A DNA stretch of 62,881 nt from Bacteroidales bacterium (GCA_046545815.1 JBKGZA010000002.1:1-62881); one strand, 5' to 3'; counted from the stretch's first letter, positions 1-10,252 are shown. Notes: generated by a model from the letters alone, not told the origin. Made by a program: numbers and translations.

Positions 1-46
1 ATTCTGACAATTTGACTGTTTGGAATCTCTGTCCATAAAGCATAGA

Positions 47-244
47 CTACCACCTGCTTCCGAAAAACCATGCATAAAGTAAAATTCCCACTATAATGGC
101 AATGCCGGCGACGATCACATAAACGATAAAACGGGCAAAAGCCCCGACAGCATCCCAGGAGATGATGCCAAAGGCGGCAAGAAAAACCAATATCAGCAGA
201 ATGGTAATCAGGCAGTTTCCTCTGGGTTGTTGTATTTCGGGCAT
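47..244 (-). CDS. small hydrophobic membrane protein, function unknown
   Basis: 65-aa ORF dominated by two hydrophobic stretches (LITILLILVFLAAFGII; YVIVAGIAIIVGILLYAWFF). No family recognised. Confidence 0.4.
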   Translation of the reverse strand: MPEIQQPRGNCLITILLILVFLAAFGIISWDAVGAFARFIVYVIVAGIAIIVGILLYAWFFGSRW

Positions 245-328
245 AATTAAAAATTTAAAAAATTATTGACATTCTATTTATCTCTAAACTCAATAAAACA
301 ACATCGCACTTCATAACGGTCAAAACAT

Positions 329-673
329 TTACATTTGTGCACATCTCATACAGAGGGCGCTTTCGGGCATGGCTGCCAGTCTTCCCATAGGAATGGGTTG
401 ACCGCAGCGACGGCAATGACCAAAATCTTTGTCGTCAATTTTTCGTAACGCCGCTTCGATATTTTTGAGCTTGTTTTCTGCAGTGCGAAGTGCAGCATCA
501 TTAACGCTCTTATTGTTGATGGCATCCATACGGCTAACCCTGCCTATAGCATTTTCAGGGGCTATTGGTTTTGTAAGATCCTTCAGGCTTTCTATACGCT
601 TTTCCACCTTAGTCTTTTCCTGTAAAAGCTTTTCCTTTAGTTGAGATCTTTCCTCCTTGGTCATTTTTAACAC
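329..673 (-). CDS. TraR/DksA family C4-type zinc-finger protein
   Basis: 114-aa ORF with an N-terminal coiled-coil-like region and a C-terminal four-Cys motif CRRCGQPI...CMRC, typical of DksA/TraR proteins. Confidence 0.8.
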   Translation of the reverse strand: MLKMTKEERSQLKEKLLQEKTKVEKRIESLKDLTKPIAPENAIGRVSRMDAINNKSVNDAALRTAENKLKNIEAALRKIDDKDFGHCRRCGQPIPMGRLAAMPESALCMRCAQM

Positions 674-829
674 TTTTATCAGCTACTAAATTAATAAATG
701 TTTTTTCATGTGCGTATCCAAATTAAAATCCATCTCACAATCGATTGTTTATAACCCATCTGCTGGTGAAATCATCTATTTCATAAGAAATATTGATAAA
801 TGAGGCTTCAGGTTGATGGGACCTATTAA

Positions 830-997
830 TCTATAGGTGTATGCCTTCAGGAACTGGCACAATTATGGGGCTTGTATTCAGGGATATTTGACTATAAAGA
901 CCTTATAGTTGACCTGGCGGGAGTTTTGGTTGCCCTTACGCCAGATAAATATATTATGAAGCATGCAGTAAAAAAAGAGCATTCTTACCAGAAATAA
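830..997 (+). pseudogene. possible 3' remnant of a VanZ-like membrane protein gene (no start codon)
   Basis: Open frame bounded by TAA at 827-829 and TAA at 995-997, with no plausible start. It translates ..CLQELAQLWGLYSGIFDYKDLIVDLAGVLVALTP.., which resembles the conserved C-terminal block of VanZ-like proteins. By-eye similarity only. Confidence 0.25.
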
Positions 998-1061
998 CTC
1001 CTTCATTAAAGGCTAAAAAACAGGTTTCATCTTCTCTTTTTTCAGTTGAGCCAGATACAAT

Positions 1062-2321
1062 TTATTCAGGTTGCACCCTAACGTTGAGTTTTTCCAATGT
1101 ATCGAAGAATGTAGGAAACGATTTGCCCACGGCTTGTGCATTGGTTATCTCCACAGGATTTTCCGATGCCAGTGCGATCATGGCACCTGCCATGGCCATA
1201 CGGTGGTCGTTATGGGAATCGAACGGTCCACCCTTTGGTTTATTTCCTTTTATATACATCCGGTCGTCATCTTCCACAGATGCCTGTATGCCCATATTAC
1301 CAAGCTCCTGCAACAGGGCTTCAGCCCTGTTGCTTTCTTTATACTGCAGGCGATGAACACCCCTGATCCTTGAGGTTCCATGGCAATTGGCTGCCAAAAC
1401 CCCCAAAGGCGGAAAAAGGTCAGGAGTGTGTGTAGCATCAAAATCAAAGGATTCCAATTCCGGTGGATGCTTTATGAAATAACTTCCGTGTTCATAATGG
1501 ATTTTCACACCACAGGCTTTAAGCACTCCCAGTATCTTTTTATCTCCTTGCACAGAAGAGGGGTTAAGCCCCGATATCAGAAGGTTGCCCCGAATAGCGG
1601 CTCCTGTAAAAAAGAAAGCGGCATTACTCCAGTCTCCTTCTATCTCAATCTCCGTACTTCTGTATTCCTGATTTCCGGGGACTTCAAAAACCTCATAATC
1701 GTGATTCACCACCCGGATGCCAAATTTTTTGAGGACCGCCAGGGTCATGTCCACATAGGGTTTGCTTTTAAGATTTTTCACTTCAATTCTTGAATCATTT
1801 CCGCCAAGGGGCAGGGCGAACAAAAGACCCGAGAGAAACTGAGAGCTGACGGATCCGTCAAGACTGATTTTCCCTCCTTTCAATGGTCCTTTCACCCGCA
1901 CCGGCAGAAACCCATTTGAAGTTTCACATTTTACTCCTGCTTCGTTCAATACCTGCTCCAAAATTCCCATTGGCCTATTCTTAAGGGACCCCTCCCCTTC
2001 TATTGTTATTTCCTTATCTGACAAGGCCATTACCGGTATGATCAGGCGGATTCCCAATCCTGATTCCCCGATATTCAGGGTGGAAACGGAAGGGTCAAAA
2101 CCGCCATGAACGTTGAGATAACCTGGTTGTTCATCTGGTTGAGCGCCCAACAATTCAATTACCCTGAGCAGGTTCAGCTCATCTTCACTTCTACCCGGTT
2201 TTTTTATCGTGGTGAGCCCTTCCGCCAGCAGTGAAGCAACAAGTACCCGCTGCATATGGCTCTTTGAAGAAGGAATATGAAGCTTTCCCTCTATGGATGA
2301 TGGAGAAACAATGACCTTCAT
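1062..2321 (-). CDS. aroA: 3-phosphoshikimate 1-carboxyvinyltransferase (EPSP synthase)
   Basis: 419-aa ORF with the N-terminal PSSKSHMQR motif, the C-terminal DHRMAMA motif and overall EPSP synthase length. Confidence 0.95.
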   Translation of the reverse strand: MKVIVSPSSIEGKLHIPSSKSHMQRVLVASLLAEGLTTIKKPGRSEDELNLLRVIELLGAQPDEQPGYLNVHGGFDPSVSTLNIGESGLGIRLIIPVMALSDKEITIEGEGSLKNRPMGILEQVLNEAGVKCETSNGFLPVRVKGPLKGGKISLDGSVSSQFLSGLLFALPLGGNDSRIEVKNLKSKPYVDMTLAVLKKFGIRVVNHDYEVFEVPGNQEYRSTEIEIEGDWSNAAFFFTGAAIRGNLLISGLNPSSVQGDKKILGVLKACGVKIHYEHGSYFIKHPPELESFDFDATHTPDLFPPLGVLAANCHGTSRIRGVHRLQYKESNRAEALLQELGNMGIQASVEDDDRMYIKGNKPKGGPFDSHNDHRMAMAGAMIALASENPVEITNAQAVGKSFPTFFDTLEKLNVRVQPE

Positions 2322-2410
2322 ATTTTAAAAAGGGTTTAATTAATTGTGCATAAAATTAAAACGTTATCTTTTAATCCGCTTATATGAGACTTAAAAATAA
2401 TAAAAGAACC

Positions 2411-3718
2411 CTACTTCTTCCTGAAGAATATCTGTATAGGAACTCCTGTAAAATCAAAATGGTTTCTTAGCACGTTCTCGATATATCTTTTGTAAGGTTC
2501 TTTAATATGTTGCGGATAATTGCAGAACAAAGCAAATGATGGAGCATGGGTATGCAGTTGGGTGGCGTATTTAATCTGAATATACCTTCCCCGCACCGCA
2601 GGCGGAGGAAAATTATCCACTGCATCACGGATTACTTTGTTTAGCTGAGACGTTGGAATCCTTCTCCTGCGGTTATGATATACCCTTTCAGACTCTTCAA
2701 GCACTTTGTGTATTCGTTTTTTATGGATCGCAGAAGTAAAAATGATTGGAATATCCTGGAAAGGAGCAATTTTCCGTTTGATCATCCGGGTATAATCATT
2801 TGCTGTTCTGCTGTCCTTTTCTATTAAATCCCACTTATTGACCAGCAACAAAACACCCCGGCGATTCTGCTGAATGAGTTTCAGTATATTCAGATCCTGA
2901 GATTGAATGCCCTCGGTGGCATCAACCATTAACAAACAAACATCTGCATGTTCTATGGTTCTTATGGCCCTCATTACCGAATAGAACTCAACATCCTCAC
3001 GTACTTTGCCCTTTTTTCTCAGCCCGGCTGTATCAACAAGGTAGAAATCATGCTGATACTTTGTATATCGTGAATAGATGGAATCCCTGGTGGTACCTGA
3101 TAAGGAAGTTACAATATTTCGTTCCTCTCCGATCAAAGTATTAATAAGAGAAGATTTTCCTACATTGGGCTTGCCCACCACTGCATATTTCGGTATTTCT
3201 TCTTCCGGGGTATATTCCTTCAGGTCGAGATGTTGGATCACTTCATCCAAAAGTTCCCCTGTACCTGAGCCATGAAGAGAAGCAATGCTGAACGGCTCTC
3301 CCAGCCCCAGGCTATAAAACACACTGGCATCATAGCTTCTTTCCAGGTTATCTACTTTATTTACCACGGGAATGACCTTTTTTTCGCTTCTCCTGAGCAT
3401 CTCAGCCATTTCATGATCCAGATCGGTGATACCGGTAGTTACATCCACCACAAATAAGATCACCGTAGCTTCCTCAATGGCCAGATTGACTTGTTTCCTT
3501 ATCTCCTTTTCAAAGACATTCTCCGTATGTTCAATATATCCCCCTGTATCAATGAGGTTAAACATCTTCCCTTCCCATTCAACCATGCCATAGTGGCGGT
3601 CACGCGTAACTCCTCCCACCTCATCAACAATGGCTTTCCTGGATTCGGTGAGTCTGTTGAAAAGGGTGGATTTACCGACATTCGGCCTTCCTACTATTGC
3701 AACCGTATCTTTTGCCAT
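2411..3718 (-). CDS. der: ribosome-associated GTPase Der (EngA)
   Basis: 435 aa with two tandem GTPase domains, each carrying a P-loop (GRPNVGKST and GKPNVGKSS), DTGG/DTAG and NKxD motifs, plus a KH-like C-terminus. Confidence 0.95.
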   Translation of the reverse strand: MAKDTVAIVGRPNVGKSTLFNRLTESRKAIVDEVGGVTRDRHYGMVEWEGKMFNLIDTGGYIEHTENVFEKEIRKQVNLAIEEATVILFVVDVTTGITDLDHEMAEMLRRSEKKVIPVVNKVDNLERSYDASVFYSLGLGEPFSIASLHGSGTGELLDEVIQHLDLKEYTPEEEIPKYAVVGKPNVGKSSLINTLIGEERNIVTSLSGTTRDSIYSRYTKYQHDFYLVDTAGLRKKGKVREDVEFYSVMRAIRTIEHADVCLLMVDATEGIQSQDLNILKLIQQNRRGVLLLVNKWDLIEKDSRTANDYTRMIKRKIAPFQDIPIIFTSAIHKKRIHKVLEESERVYHNRRRRIPTSQLNKVIRDAVDNFPPPAVRGRYIQIKYATQLHTHAPSFALFCNYPQHIKEPYKRYIENVLRNHFDFTGVPIQIFFRKK

Positions 3719-3780
3719 AATCAGTAAATTGGTTTACGCTTAATCTCTTCCTGATCCTTCATTACTGATCTGATTAAGGA

Positions 3781-4656
3781 TTAATAACCCATTGATCTTA
3801 AAAACCCGTCCTTGTCCCTCCACTCTTTGTGTACTTTAACGTAAAGGTCAAGAAACACCTGCTTCTCATAAAGTGCCTCCAGTTCTTCACGGGCCATAAT
3901 TCCAATACTTTTGATGGCTTCCCCTTTACTACCAATCAGTATTGCTTTCTGACTGTCACGCATCACATATATGGTAGCCCTTATGTTGAGAATCTTTTCC
4001 TTATCTTTAAATTCTTCAATCTGTACCTCAGTTGAGTAAGGTACTTCCTTTTGAAAATTCAGAAAAATCTTTTCCCGGATGATTTCTGATACAAAAAAAC
4101 GTTCAGATTTGTCGGTCAGGGCATCCTTAGGATAATAGGGAGGATTTTCAGGAAGCAGTTCCAGGATTTTGTCAAATACTTCGGGCAGATAATAACCCTT
4201 GAGTGCCGACACAGGAATAATATGGGCACCGGGAATCATTTCCTTCCATTGGGCCAAAACAGGCTCCAGTTCATTCTCGCGGGCCAGATCAATTTTGTTG
4301 ACAATTAAAATAATGGGTATATCGGTCTTTTTAATTCTTTCAATATATTCCAGGTGTTTGTCATATTTCTCCCTGATATCAGTAATATACAGTAGAATAT
4401 CTGCATCTTCCAGTGCGAGGTCAATGAATCGAAGCATTTTTTCATGCAGCTTATAATGGGGTTTGATAATGCCCGGGGTATCCGAATAGATGATCTGGAA
4501 ATTTTCTCCGTTCATAACACCCATGATCCGATGCCGGGTTGTTTGGGCCTTTGAAGTGATAATCGAAAGCTTCTCACCCACAAGCTGATTCATCAGGGTT
4601 GATTTCCCTACATTGGGGTTCCCGATAATATTTACAAATCCGGCTTTATGATTCAT
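3781..4656 (-). CDS. era: GTPase Era
   Basis: 291 aa with P-loop GNPNVGKST, DTPG and NKID motifs, and a C-terminal KH domain. Confidence 0.95.
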   Translation of the reverse strand: MNHKAGFVNIIGNPNVGKSTLMNQLVGEKLSIITSKAQTTRHRIMGVMNGENFQIIYSDTPGIIKPHYKLHEKMLRFIDLALEDADILLYITDIREKYDKHLEYIERIKKTDIPIILIVNKIDLARENELEPVLAQWKEMIPGAHIIPVSALKGYYLPEVFDKILELLPENPPYYPKDALTDKSERFFVSEIIREKIFLNFQKEVPYSTEVQIEEFKDKEKILNIRATIYVMRDSQKAILIGSKGEAIKSIGIMAREELEALYEKQVFLDLYVKVHKEWRDKDGFLRSMGY

Positions 4657-4781
4657 TTCTGGTGATTTCTAATTTTTTAAGAGCCACAAAAATAATACAA
4701 ATTTTCAGGCCGGCTTCATTTCAAATCAAATTTACAGCCAATTTAGCAAGGTCATCCACTGAGGAATTAAATAAAGCCAAC

Positions 4782-4819
4782 AAAAAGGCCCCTTAAACCG
4801 GTGTTTAAGGGGCCTTTTT
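4782..4819. terminator. bidirectional rho-independent terminator-like hairpin
   Basis: Perfect 17-bp stem AAAAAGGCCCCTTAAAC / GTTTAAGGGGCCTTTTT with a 4-nt loop (cggt). It is flanked by A and T runs and lies just downstream of the sigma-factor stop (4845). Confidence 0.75.
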
Positions 4820-4844
4820 GTATATGTCCTGCATTAAATAACGC

Positions 4845-5345
4845 TCAGTAACCTTGAAGTTTTTCTGACAGCTTCTTTCTGGTGAAGAATATCCGGCTTT
4901 TTACCGTGCCTATTTTAAGTTCCAGATCTTCTGCTATTTCCTTATATTTATATCCTGAAAGGAACATCTTAAAGGGAACACGGAACTCATCGGGTAATTC
5001 CTCAATCTTTCTGTTGATTTCAATGATTGAATACTCGCTGTCCGGCGTGCTTGTAGTACTTTCCTCAGACTGGTTGATAAAATAGTTATTTTCTGTTTTA
5101 TCGTTGTGTGTATTCTCCTTTTGTTTTTTACGATAATTATTGATGAAGGTATTTTTCATAATGGTAAACGTCCATGCCTTCAGATTGGAATGTCCTATAA
5201 ACTTATCCCTGTTGGCCAAGGCTTTATAATAAGTTTCCTGAAGCAGGTCTTTTGCCTCCTCATGGTCTGAGGTCAAACTCAATGCAAACCTTTCCAGTTT
5301 GTCTTCGAGTTCTATAAGCTGTTGATTAAATTCTGTTGCCTTCAT
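4845..5345 (-). CDS. RNA polymerase ECF-type sigma-70 factor
   Basis: Region 2 (LLQETYYKALANRDKF...AWTFTIMKNTFINNYRK) and a region 4 HTH (YKEIAEDLELKIGTVKSRIFFTRKKL). I prefer the internal ATG at 5345 (MKATEF...) over the longer ORF to 5402. No adjacent anti-sigma gene. Confidence 0.85.
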   Translation of the reverse strand: MKATEFNQQLIELEDKLERFALSLTSDHEEAKDLLQETYYKALANRDKFIGHSNLKAWTFTIMKNTFINNYRKKQKENTHNDKTENNYFINQSEESTTSTPDSEYSIIEINRKIEELPDEFRVPFKMFLSGYKYKEIAEDLELKIGTVKSRIFFTRKKLSEKLQGY

Positions 5346-5740
5346 AGTTATTGATTTTTTTATTGTATTATGTTTAAGCAAATATAAAACATATTTAAAC
5401 ATAAATCCAAATATTTTTTAAAGAAATTTTTGGGGGATCATCTTTTTCCAAATAAGAGTAAATGGGGAAATTGGCCACAAACAAGAGTTTTGGATATTTT
5501 TATCCTGGTCATTATAAATAAAGCCAAAATTAAAATACTGTTTAAACAATTTAACCTCTTTTGGGAATAAATTTAAACAAGGATTATAGCGGTGGAATTT
5601 AGGTTTTTAAGATACAAATATCTGTTTTTAGTTCAGATCAATTCAACAATCAGAAGGAATTCATTATTTAGAATAACAACTCTATTCTCTTGTGATTCTG
5701 GTGATTTCACTAAGGGGTTGTGTTAACAGACAATAAGGAA

Positions 5741-6622
5741 TCAGATCGATTTCAATCTCTCATTTAATTCTTTGGGAGATGATACCTTTTCCACATTTCC
5801 AGGGAGTTGAAAACCGGCCTCATGAATTCGAATGCCTGTTATGAAGATGATTTGTCTGTGGAATATATTGGAGAGCTGTTCCACATAACTTTTCAGTTTA
5901 TCCCCGCGTAAAGCTGTGGTGATGGTGGTAAATAAATAATCACTCTTGATGAGGCGGGTAGTTTCAACCAGGTCATTGAAAGGCACGGAGCTACCCAGGT
6001 ATATTACACTTTGTCCTGCCTTCTTAATTAAGTAATTATAGAAAAGCAGCCCCAGTTCATGAAATTCATCCTCAGGAAGGAAAAGAATGAAGGTCTTGGC
6101 ATCCTTTTTATCGGGTATTCTCAGGTTGTCAATAGCAACCATCAATTTTTGTCTGAAAAGATTGGAGATAAAATGTTCCTGGGCCGGATTGATTGAACCG
6201 GTCTGCCATAACAAACCAATACGTTCAAAGAAAGGAAAAATCAGTTTAATGATGGTTTGCTCAAAACCTTCATGCATGATGGCATTGGACAAGACCTGGT
6301 CGAATTTCATCTCATCCAGATCAACCATGGCAATGACCAACTTCTCGATCTGGCTTTCCAGGTCCTTGGAATTATAAGTAAATTTCATTACCTTTTCCTT
6401 CAAATCATGATTATCCAACCTGGATATATCTGATATTCTCCATCCTTCCCGGTTCAATATGGCAATATTGAGCAATTTCTTCAGATCATGCTCGGAATAA
6501 TACCTAATATTGGTCGGTGTCCTTTTGGGTTGTATGACATTGTAACGCTTTTCCCAAATCCTAATGGTATGTGCTTTGATTCCGGATAGCTTTTCCAATT
6601 CCCTTATTGAATAACGCGACAT
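5741..6622 (-). CDS. MerR-family, CarH/LitR-type adenosylcobalamin-dependent light-responsive transcriptional regulator
   Basis: N-terminal MerR HTH (YSIRELEKLSGIKAHTIRIWEKRY). The exact W-x9-E-H motif is present (W QTGSINPAQ EH), followed 38 residues later by the B12 lower-ligand motif E-x-H-x-x-G (EFHELG) in a Rossmann-like C-terminal domain. Confidence 0.85.
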   Translation of the reverse strand: MSRYSIRELEKLSGIKAHTIRIWEKRYNVIQPKRTPTNIRYYSEHDLKKLLNIAILNREGWRISDISRLDNHDLKEKVMKFTYNSKDLESQIEKLVIAMVDLDEMKFDQVLSNAIMHEGFEQTIIKLIFPFFERIGLLWQTGSINPAQEHFISNLFRQKLMVAIDNLRIPDKKDAKTFILFLPEDEFHELGLLFYNYLIKKAGQSVIYLGSSVPFNDLVETTRLIKSDYLFTTITTALRGDKLKSYVEQLSNIFHRQIIFITGIRIHEAGFQLPGNVEKVSSPKELNERLKSI

Positions 6623-6957
6623 GCATTCTAATCATTAAATGAAACATCCGAATTAAAAATCACTATATGTTTAATTATAAATGCCAATTCACTTGACAAT
6701 TCTTATATTTAACAATTATAGAATACATTTGTTTAAACAAGCACATCCCTTATCAGAAATACAAACCATAAAATGAATGGAATGCAATAACAAATTGTCA
6801 CGTTTATAATCTATTACTTAATCATTAAACAAATGTTACTTTCCAAATTTATCAGGAATAAACTATTTTGCAAAAATCATCATTTTAGTTTGAAAAATGC
6901 AATATGGATTTAAACAATCTCAAATTTTATTTGTAAAAATGGGCTATATAGCTTACT

Positions 6958-8268
6958 ATGGGAAAAATAACAATATATTGGTTCAGAAGAGACCTGCGGC
7001 TGGAAGACAATCGTGGATTATATCATGCTTTGAAGGAAAATGACTGTGTTTTGCCCATTTTTATTTTTGACAGGAACATCCTGGATGCACTTGAGCAAAC
7101 TTATGATGCCCGTGTGGAATTCATTTACAAACGGGTACAAAAACTGAAAATAAGGCTGGAAAATATAGGCAGTTCGTTATTGGTATTGCATGGAAAGCCT
7201 ATCGAGCAGTTCAGATTTTTGATACGGAATTATACAACAGGTGAAGTTTATTTCAACCACGATTACGAACCTTACGCCATTGCCCGCGACCAGAGTATTT
7301 CTCAATTTCTGGAAAAGAACCATATAAGAGTCAAATCGTTTAAAGACCATACCATATTTGAGAAAGACGAGATACTGAAAAAGGATGGGAAGCCCTATAC
7401 GGTTTATACCCCTTATATGAAAAAGTGGAAAGATAAGATCAGCAGGAATGTGCTTGTTGAATTCTCCACCAGGAATTACCACCACCGGTTTATAAAAATG
7501 GAGCCGTCCGAACTTCCTTCAATGGAATCTCTAAGATTCAAAGAAAAGGGTATAACTTTTCCTTCCGGCGAACTGAACGAAGCGGTCATTTCCAATTATC
7601 ATCTCAACCGGGATTATCCTTACCTTGATGGTACCACACGCCTTGGAATTCATTTGCGTTTCGGGTCCCTGAGCATACGCAGGGCTGCAAAAAAGGGGCT
7701 CGAGCTGAATGAAACGTGGCTCAATGAATTGATATGGAGAGATTTTTACATGATGATCCTGTGGCACTTTCCTTATGTAACAGATGGCTCATTTAAGTCT
7801 CAATATAATGAAATTGAATGGCGCAACGATGAAGAAGAATTCGCTGCATGGTGTGAGGGAAAAACCGGCTATCCCATAGTTGATGCCGGTATGCGGCAAT
7901 TCAATCAAACGGGGTATATGCATAACCGGGTCCGTATGATTGCCGCCTCTTTCCTAACCAAGCACCTGTTAATTGACTGGCGGTGGGGAGAGTCTTATTT
8001 TGCTGAAAAATTGCTTGACTATGAGCTGGCCTCCAACAACGGTGGATGGCAATGGGCTTCAGGAAGCGGTTGCGATGCAGCTCCATATTTTAGAATATTC
8101 AACCCTCACAGACAAACAGAAAGATTCGACCCGGAACACCGGTATATTGAAAATTGGGTACCGGAATTCCGGGATCCGGCATATAAAAAACCAATTGTAG
8201 ATCATAAATTTGCACGTGAAAGGGCATTGCAGGTTTATAGTAAAGCATTAAAAAAGAACAATTTATGA
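6958..8268 (+). CDS. phr: deoxyribodipyrimidine photolyase / cryptochrome family protein
   Basis: 436 aa with an N-terminal photolyase alpha/beta domain (IYWFRRDLRLEDN) and a C-terminal FAD-binding block (TGYPIVDAGMRQ...GYMHNRVRMIAASFL...DYELASNNGGWQWASGSG). Confidence 0.9.
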   Translation: MGKITIYWFRRDLRLEDNRGLYHALKENDCVLPIFIFDRNILDALEQTYDARVEFIYKRVQKLKIRLENIGSSLLVLHGKPIEQFRFLIRNYTTGEVYFNHDYEPYAIARDQSISQFLEKNHIRVKSFKDHTIFEKDEILKKDGKPYTVYTPYMKKWKDKISRNVLVEFSTRNYHHRFIKMEPSELPSMESLRFKEKGITFPSGELNEAVISNYHLNRDYPYLDGTTRLGIHLRFGSLSIRRAAKKGLELNETWLNELIWRDFYMMILWHFPYVTDGSFKSQYNEIEWRNDEEEFAAWCEGKTGYPIVDAGMRQFNQTGYMHNRVRMIAASFLTKHLLIDWRWGESYFAEKLLDYELASNNGGWQWASGSGCDAAPYFRIFNPHRQTERFDPEHRYIENWVPEFRDPAYKKPIVDHKFARERALQVYSKALKKNNL

Positions 8269-9182
8269 AAATACTAGTTATCGGTGCTACGGGATTTATC
8301 GGAAAACCATTGGTGGAAAAACTATTAAAAAGAAATCATGAGGTATATGTTTTTACCCGAAATGATGAAAAGGCAAGGCGTCTTTTCAGCGACCGGGTTT
8401 TCATTCAGCAATGGAAGACCGATGAATACATTGTATTGCAAGAATATGCCCATAAAGTAGATGTAGTGATTAACCTGGCTGGGGAAAACCTGGGTGAAAA
8501 ACGCTGGACAGGAGACCAGAAGAGAAAGATCCTTTCAAGCCGCGTGAATATTGGTAAAGCCCTTAGCTTTGCATTAAAACAAAGCAAGGACAAACCTTAC
8601 CTCCTTATCCAGGGGTCGGGCGTTGACTATTATGGATTCAGTGAACACCAGACTTTCCCAGAAAAATCCCCTGCAGGGGAAGGTTTTTTGCCTATGTTAG
8701 CTCAACAATGGGAAGATTCGGTGCGAAATATAGAAGAGGACAATACCAGAAAAATATTTATCCGCACAGGCGTAGTGCTGGGGAGAGAAGGAGGTATATT
8801 GCCCCGGATGATGCGACCATTCAGGTTCTTCCTTGGGGGACCTCTGGGAACAGGAAGACAATGGATATCCTGGATACATATCGATGATGAAACCGAAGCC
8901 ATTGTCAGGCTCGCCGAAACTAACGGACTGGAGGGACCATATAACCTGGCCGCTCCCACTCCTGTTACCATGAAAGAATTTGCTGCAACATTGGGAAAAG
9001 TGATGCAAAAACCTTCATGGCTTCCTGTACCGCCATTTCTTCTGAAAATGGTCTTCGGCGATATGGCGAAAGAAATGATATTACAGGGACAAAGGGTGAT
9101 ACCTGAAAAAATTCGGGAGATTGGTTTCGAATTCCGTTACCCGGATTTGGAAAGTGCGCTTACCGAGCTGTTGAAACGCTAA
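8265..9182 (+). CDS. TIGR01777/YfcH-like NAD-dependent epimerase family protein (SDR fold with DUF1731 C-terminus)
   Basis: GATGFIG Rossmann motif at the N-terminus and length about 300 aa. Its ATG overlaps the photolyase TGA (ATGA), implying co-transcription. Confidence 0.8.
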   Translation: MKILVIGATGFIGKPLVEKLLKRNHEVYVFTRNDEKARRLFSDRVFIQQWKTDEYIVLQEYAHKVDVVINLAGENLGEKRWTGDQKRKILSSRVNIGKALSFALKQSKDKPYLLIQGSGVDYYGFSEHQTFPEKSPAGEGFLPMLAQQWEDSVRNIEEDNTRKIFIRTGVVLGREGGILPRMMRPFRFFLGGPLGTGRQWISWIHIDDETEAIVRLAETNGLEGPYNLAAPTPVTMKEFAATLGKVMQKPSWLPVPPFLLKMVFGDMAKEMILQGQRVIPEKIREIGFEFRYPDLESALTELLKR

Positions 9183-10252
9183 AAGTCGAACTCCAGTTGT
9201 ACGGCTTGTTGTAGCTCATCGTTGGCCAACTGGGAAACAGAAAGCCCCAGCAATCTAATTTTCCTATCACCAAAATCCAGATGATTGAATATTTCTTTTG
9301 CGGTATTATGAAGGACGGTGAATCGGTTAATGGTTTGCGGAATGGTTTTGCTTCGGGTAATTTGTTTGAAATCGCTGAACTTTACCTTTAGCGTGAGTGT
9401 TTTCCCAAAGGACCCGGAACGCTCCATTCTCTTCATGAGTTCTTTTTCAATATGATACAAAGCTGTTATGATCTCAAAACGTGTCTGAAGATCTTTTTCA
9501 AAGGTTTGTTCGGTGCCTACGGATTTTCTGATGCGTTCAGGATTTACCTCTCTTTCATCAATAGCTCTTGAAATGTTGTAGTAGTGCAATCCCACCTTAC
9601 CAAAACGTTTGTTAAGCCATGCAAGAGATTTTCGTTTCAGGTCAGCGCCTGTTTCAATTCCGAGCTGATGCATCTTCCTTGCTGTAACACTGCCCACACC
9701 ATGGAACTTTTCCACCGGAAGCGCCTCAACAAATTTTTCGGCATCTTCAGGACGTATAACATACAATCCGTCAGGTTTATCATAGTCAGATGCGATTTTG
9801 GCAAGGAATTTATTGATGGAAACACCGGCTGAAGCGGTCAGTTGGGTCTTTTCACGGATTTTTTCCTTAATCTCCCGGGCAATAAGGGTGGCGCTCCTGA
9901 TGTTTCTTTTGTTTTGCGTTACATCGAGATACGCCTCATCAAGAGAAAGGGGTTCCACCAAATCGGTATACTCAAAGAAAATCTCCATGAATTCTTTGGA
10001 TACACCCTTATATTTTCCTATATCTCCCGGTACGAAGATCAAATGGGGACATTTTTGTCTGGCAATTTTGGATGACATGGCCGAACGTACTCCATATTTT
10101 CGTGCCTCGTAGCTTGCTGCGGAGACAACGCCACGCTCACTTCCCTTCCCCACCGCAACGGGCTCTCCCTTTAGTTCGGGGTTATCCCGCTGCTCAATGG
10201 AAGCATAAAACGCATCCATGTCGATGTGGATAATTTTGCGAATCCCAGCCAT
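9179..10252 (-). CDS. dinB: DNA polymerase IV (Y-family translesion polymerase)
   Basis: IIHIDMDAFYASIEQ, SLDEAYLDV and the Y-family palm/fingers and little-finger layout. I prefer the start at MAGIRKIIHIDMD (10252) over 10303. Its stop overlaps the convergent upstream gene by 4 nt. Confidence 0.9.
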   Translation of the reverse strand: MAGIRKIIHIDMDAFYASIEQRDNPELKGEPVAVGKGSERGVVSAASYEARKYGVRSAMSSKIARQKCPHLIFVPGDIGKYKGVSKEFMEIFFEYTDLVEPLSLDEAYLDVTQNKRNIRSATLIAREIKEKIREKTQLTASAGVSINKFLAKIASDYDKPDGLYVIRPEDAEKFVEALPVEKFHGVGSVTARKMHQLGIETGADLKRKSLAWLNKRFGKVGLHYYNISRAIDEREVNPERIRKSVGTEQTFEKDLQTRFEIITALYHIEKELMKRMERSGSFGKTLTLKVKFSDFKQITRSKTIPQTINRFTVLHNTAKEIFNHLDFGDRKIRLLGLSVSQLANDELQQAVQLEFDF

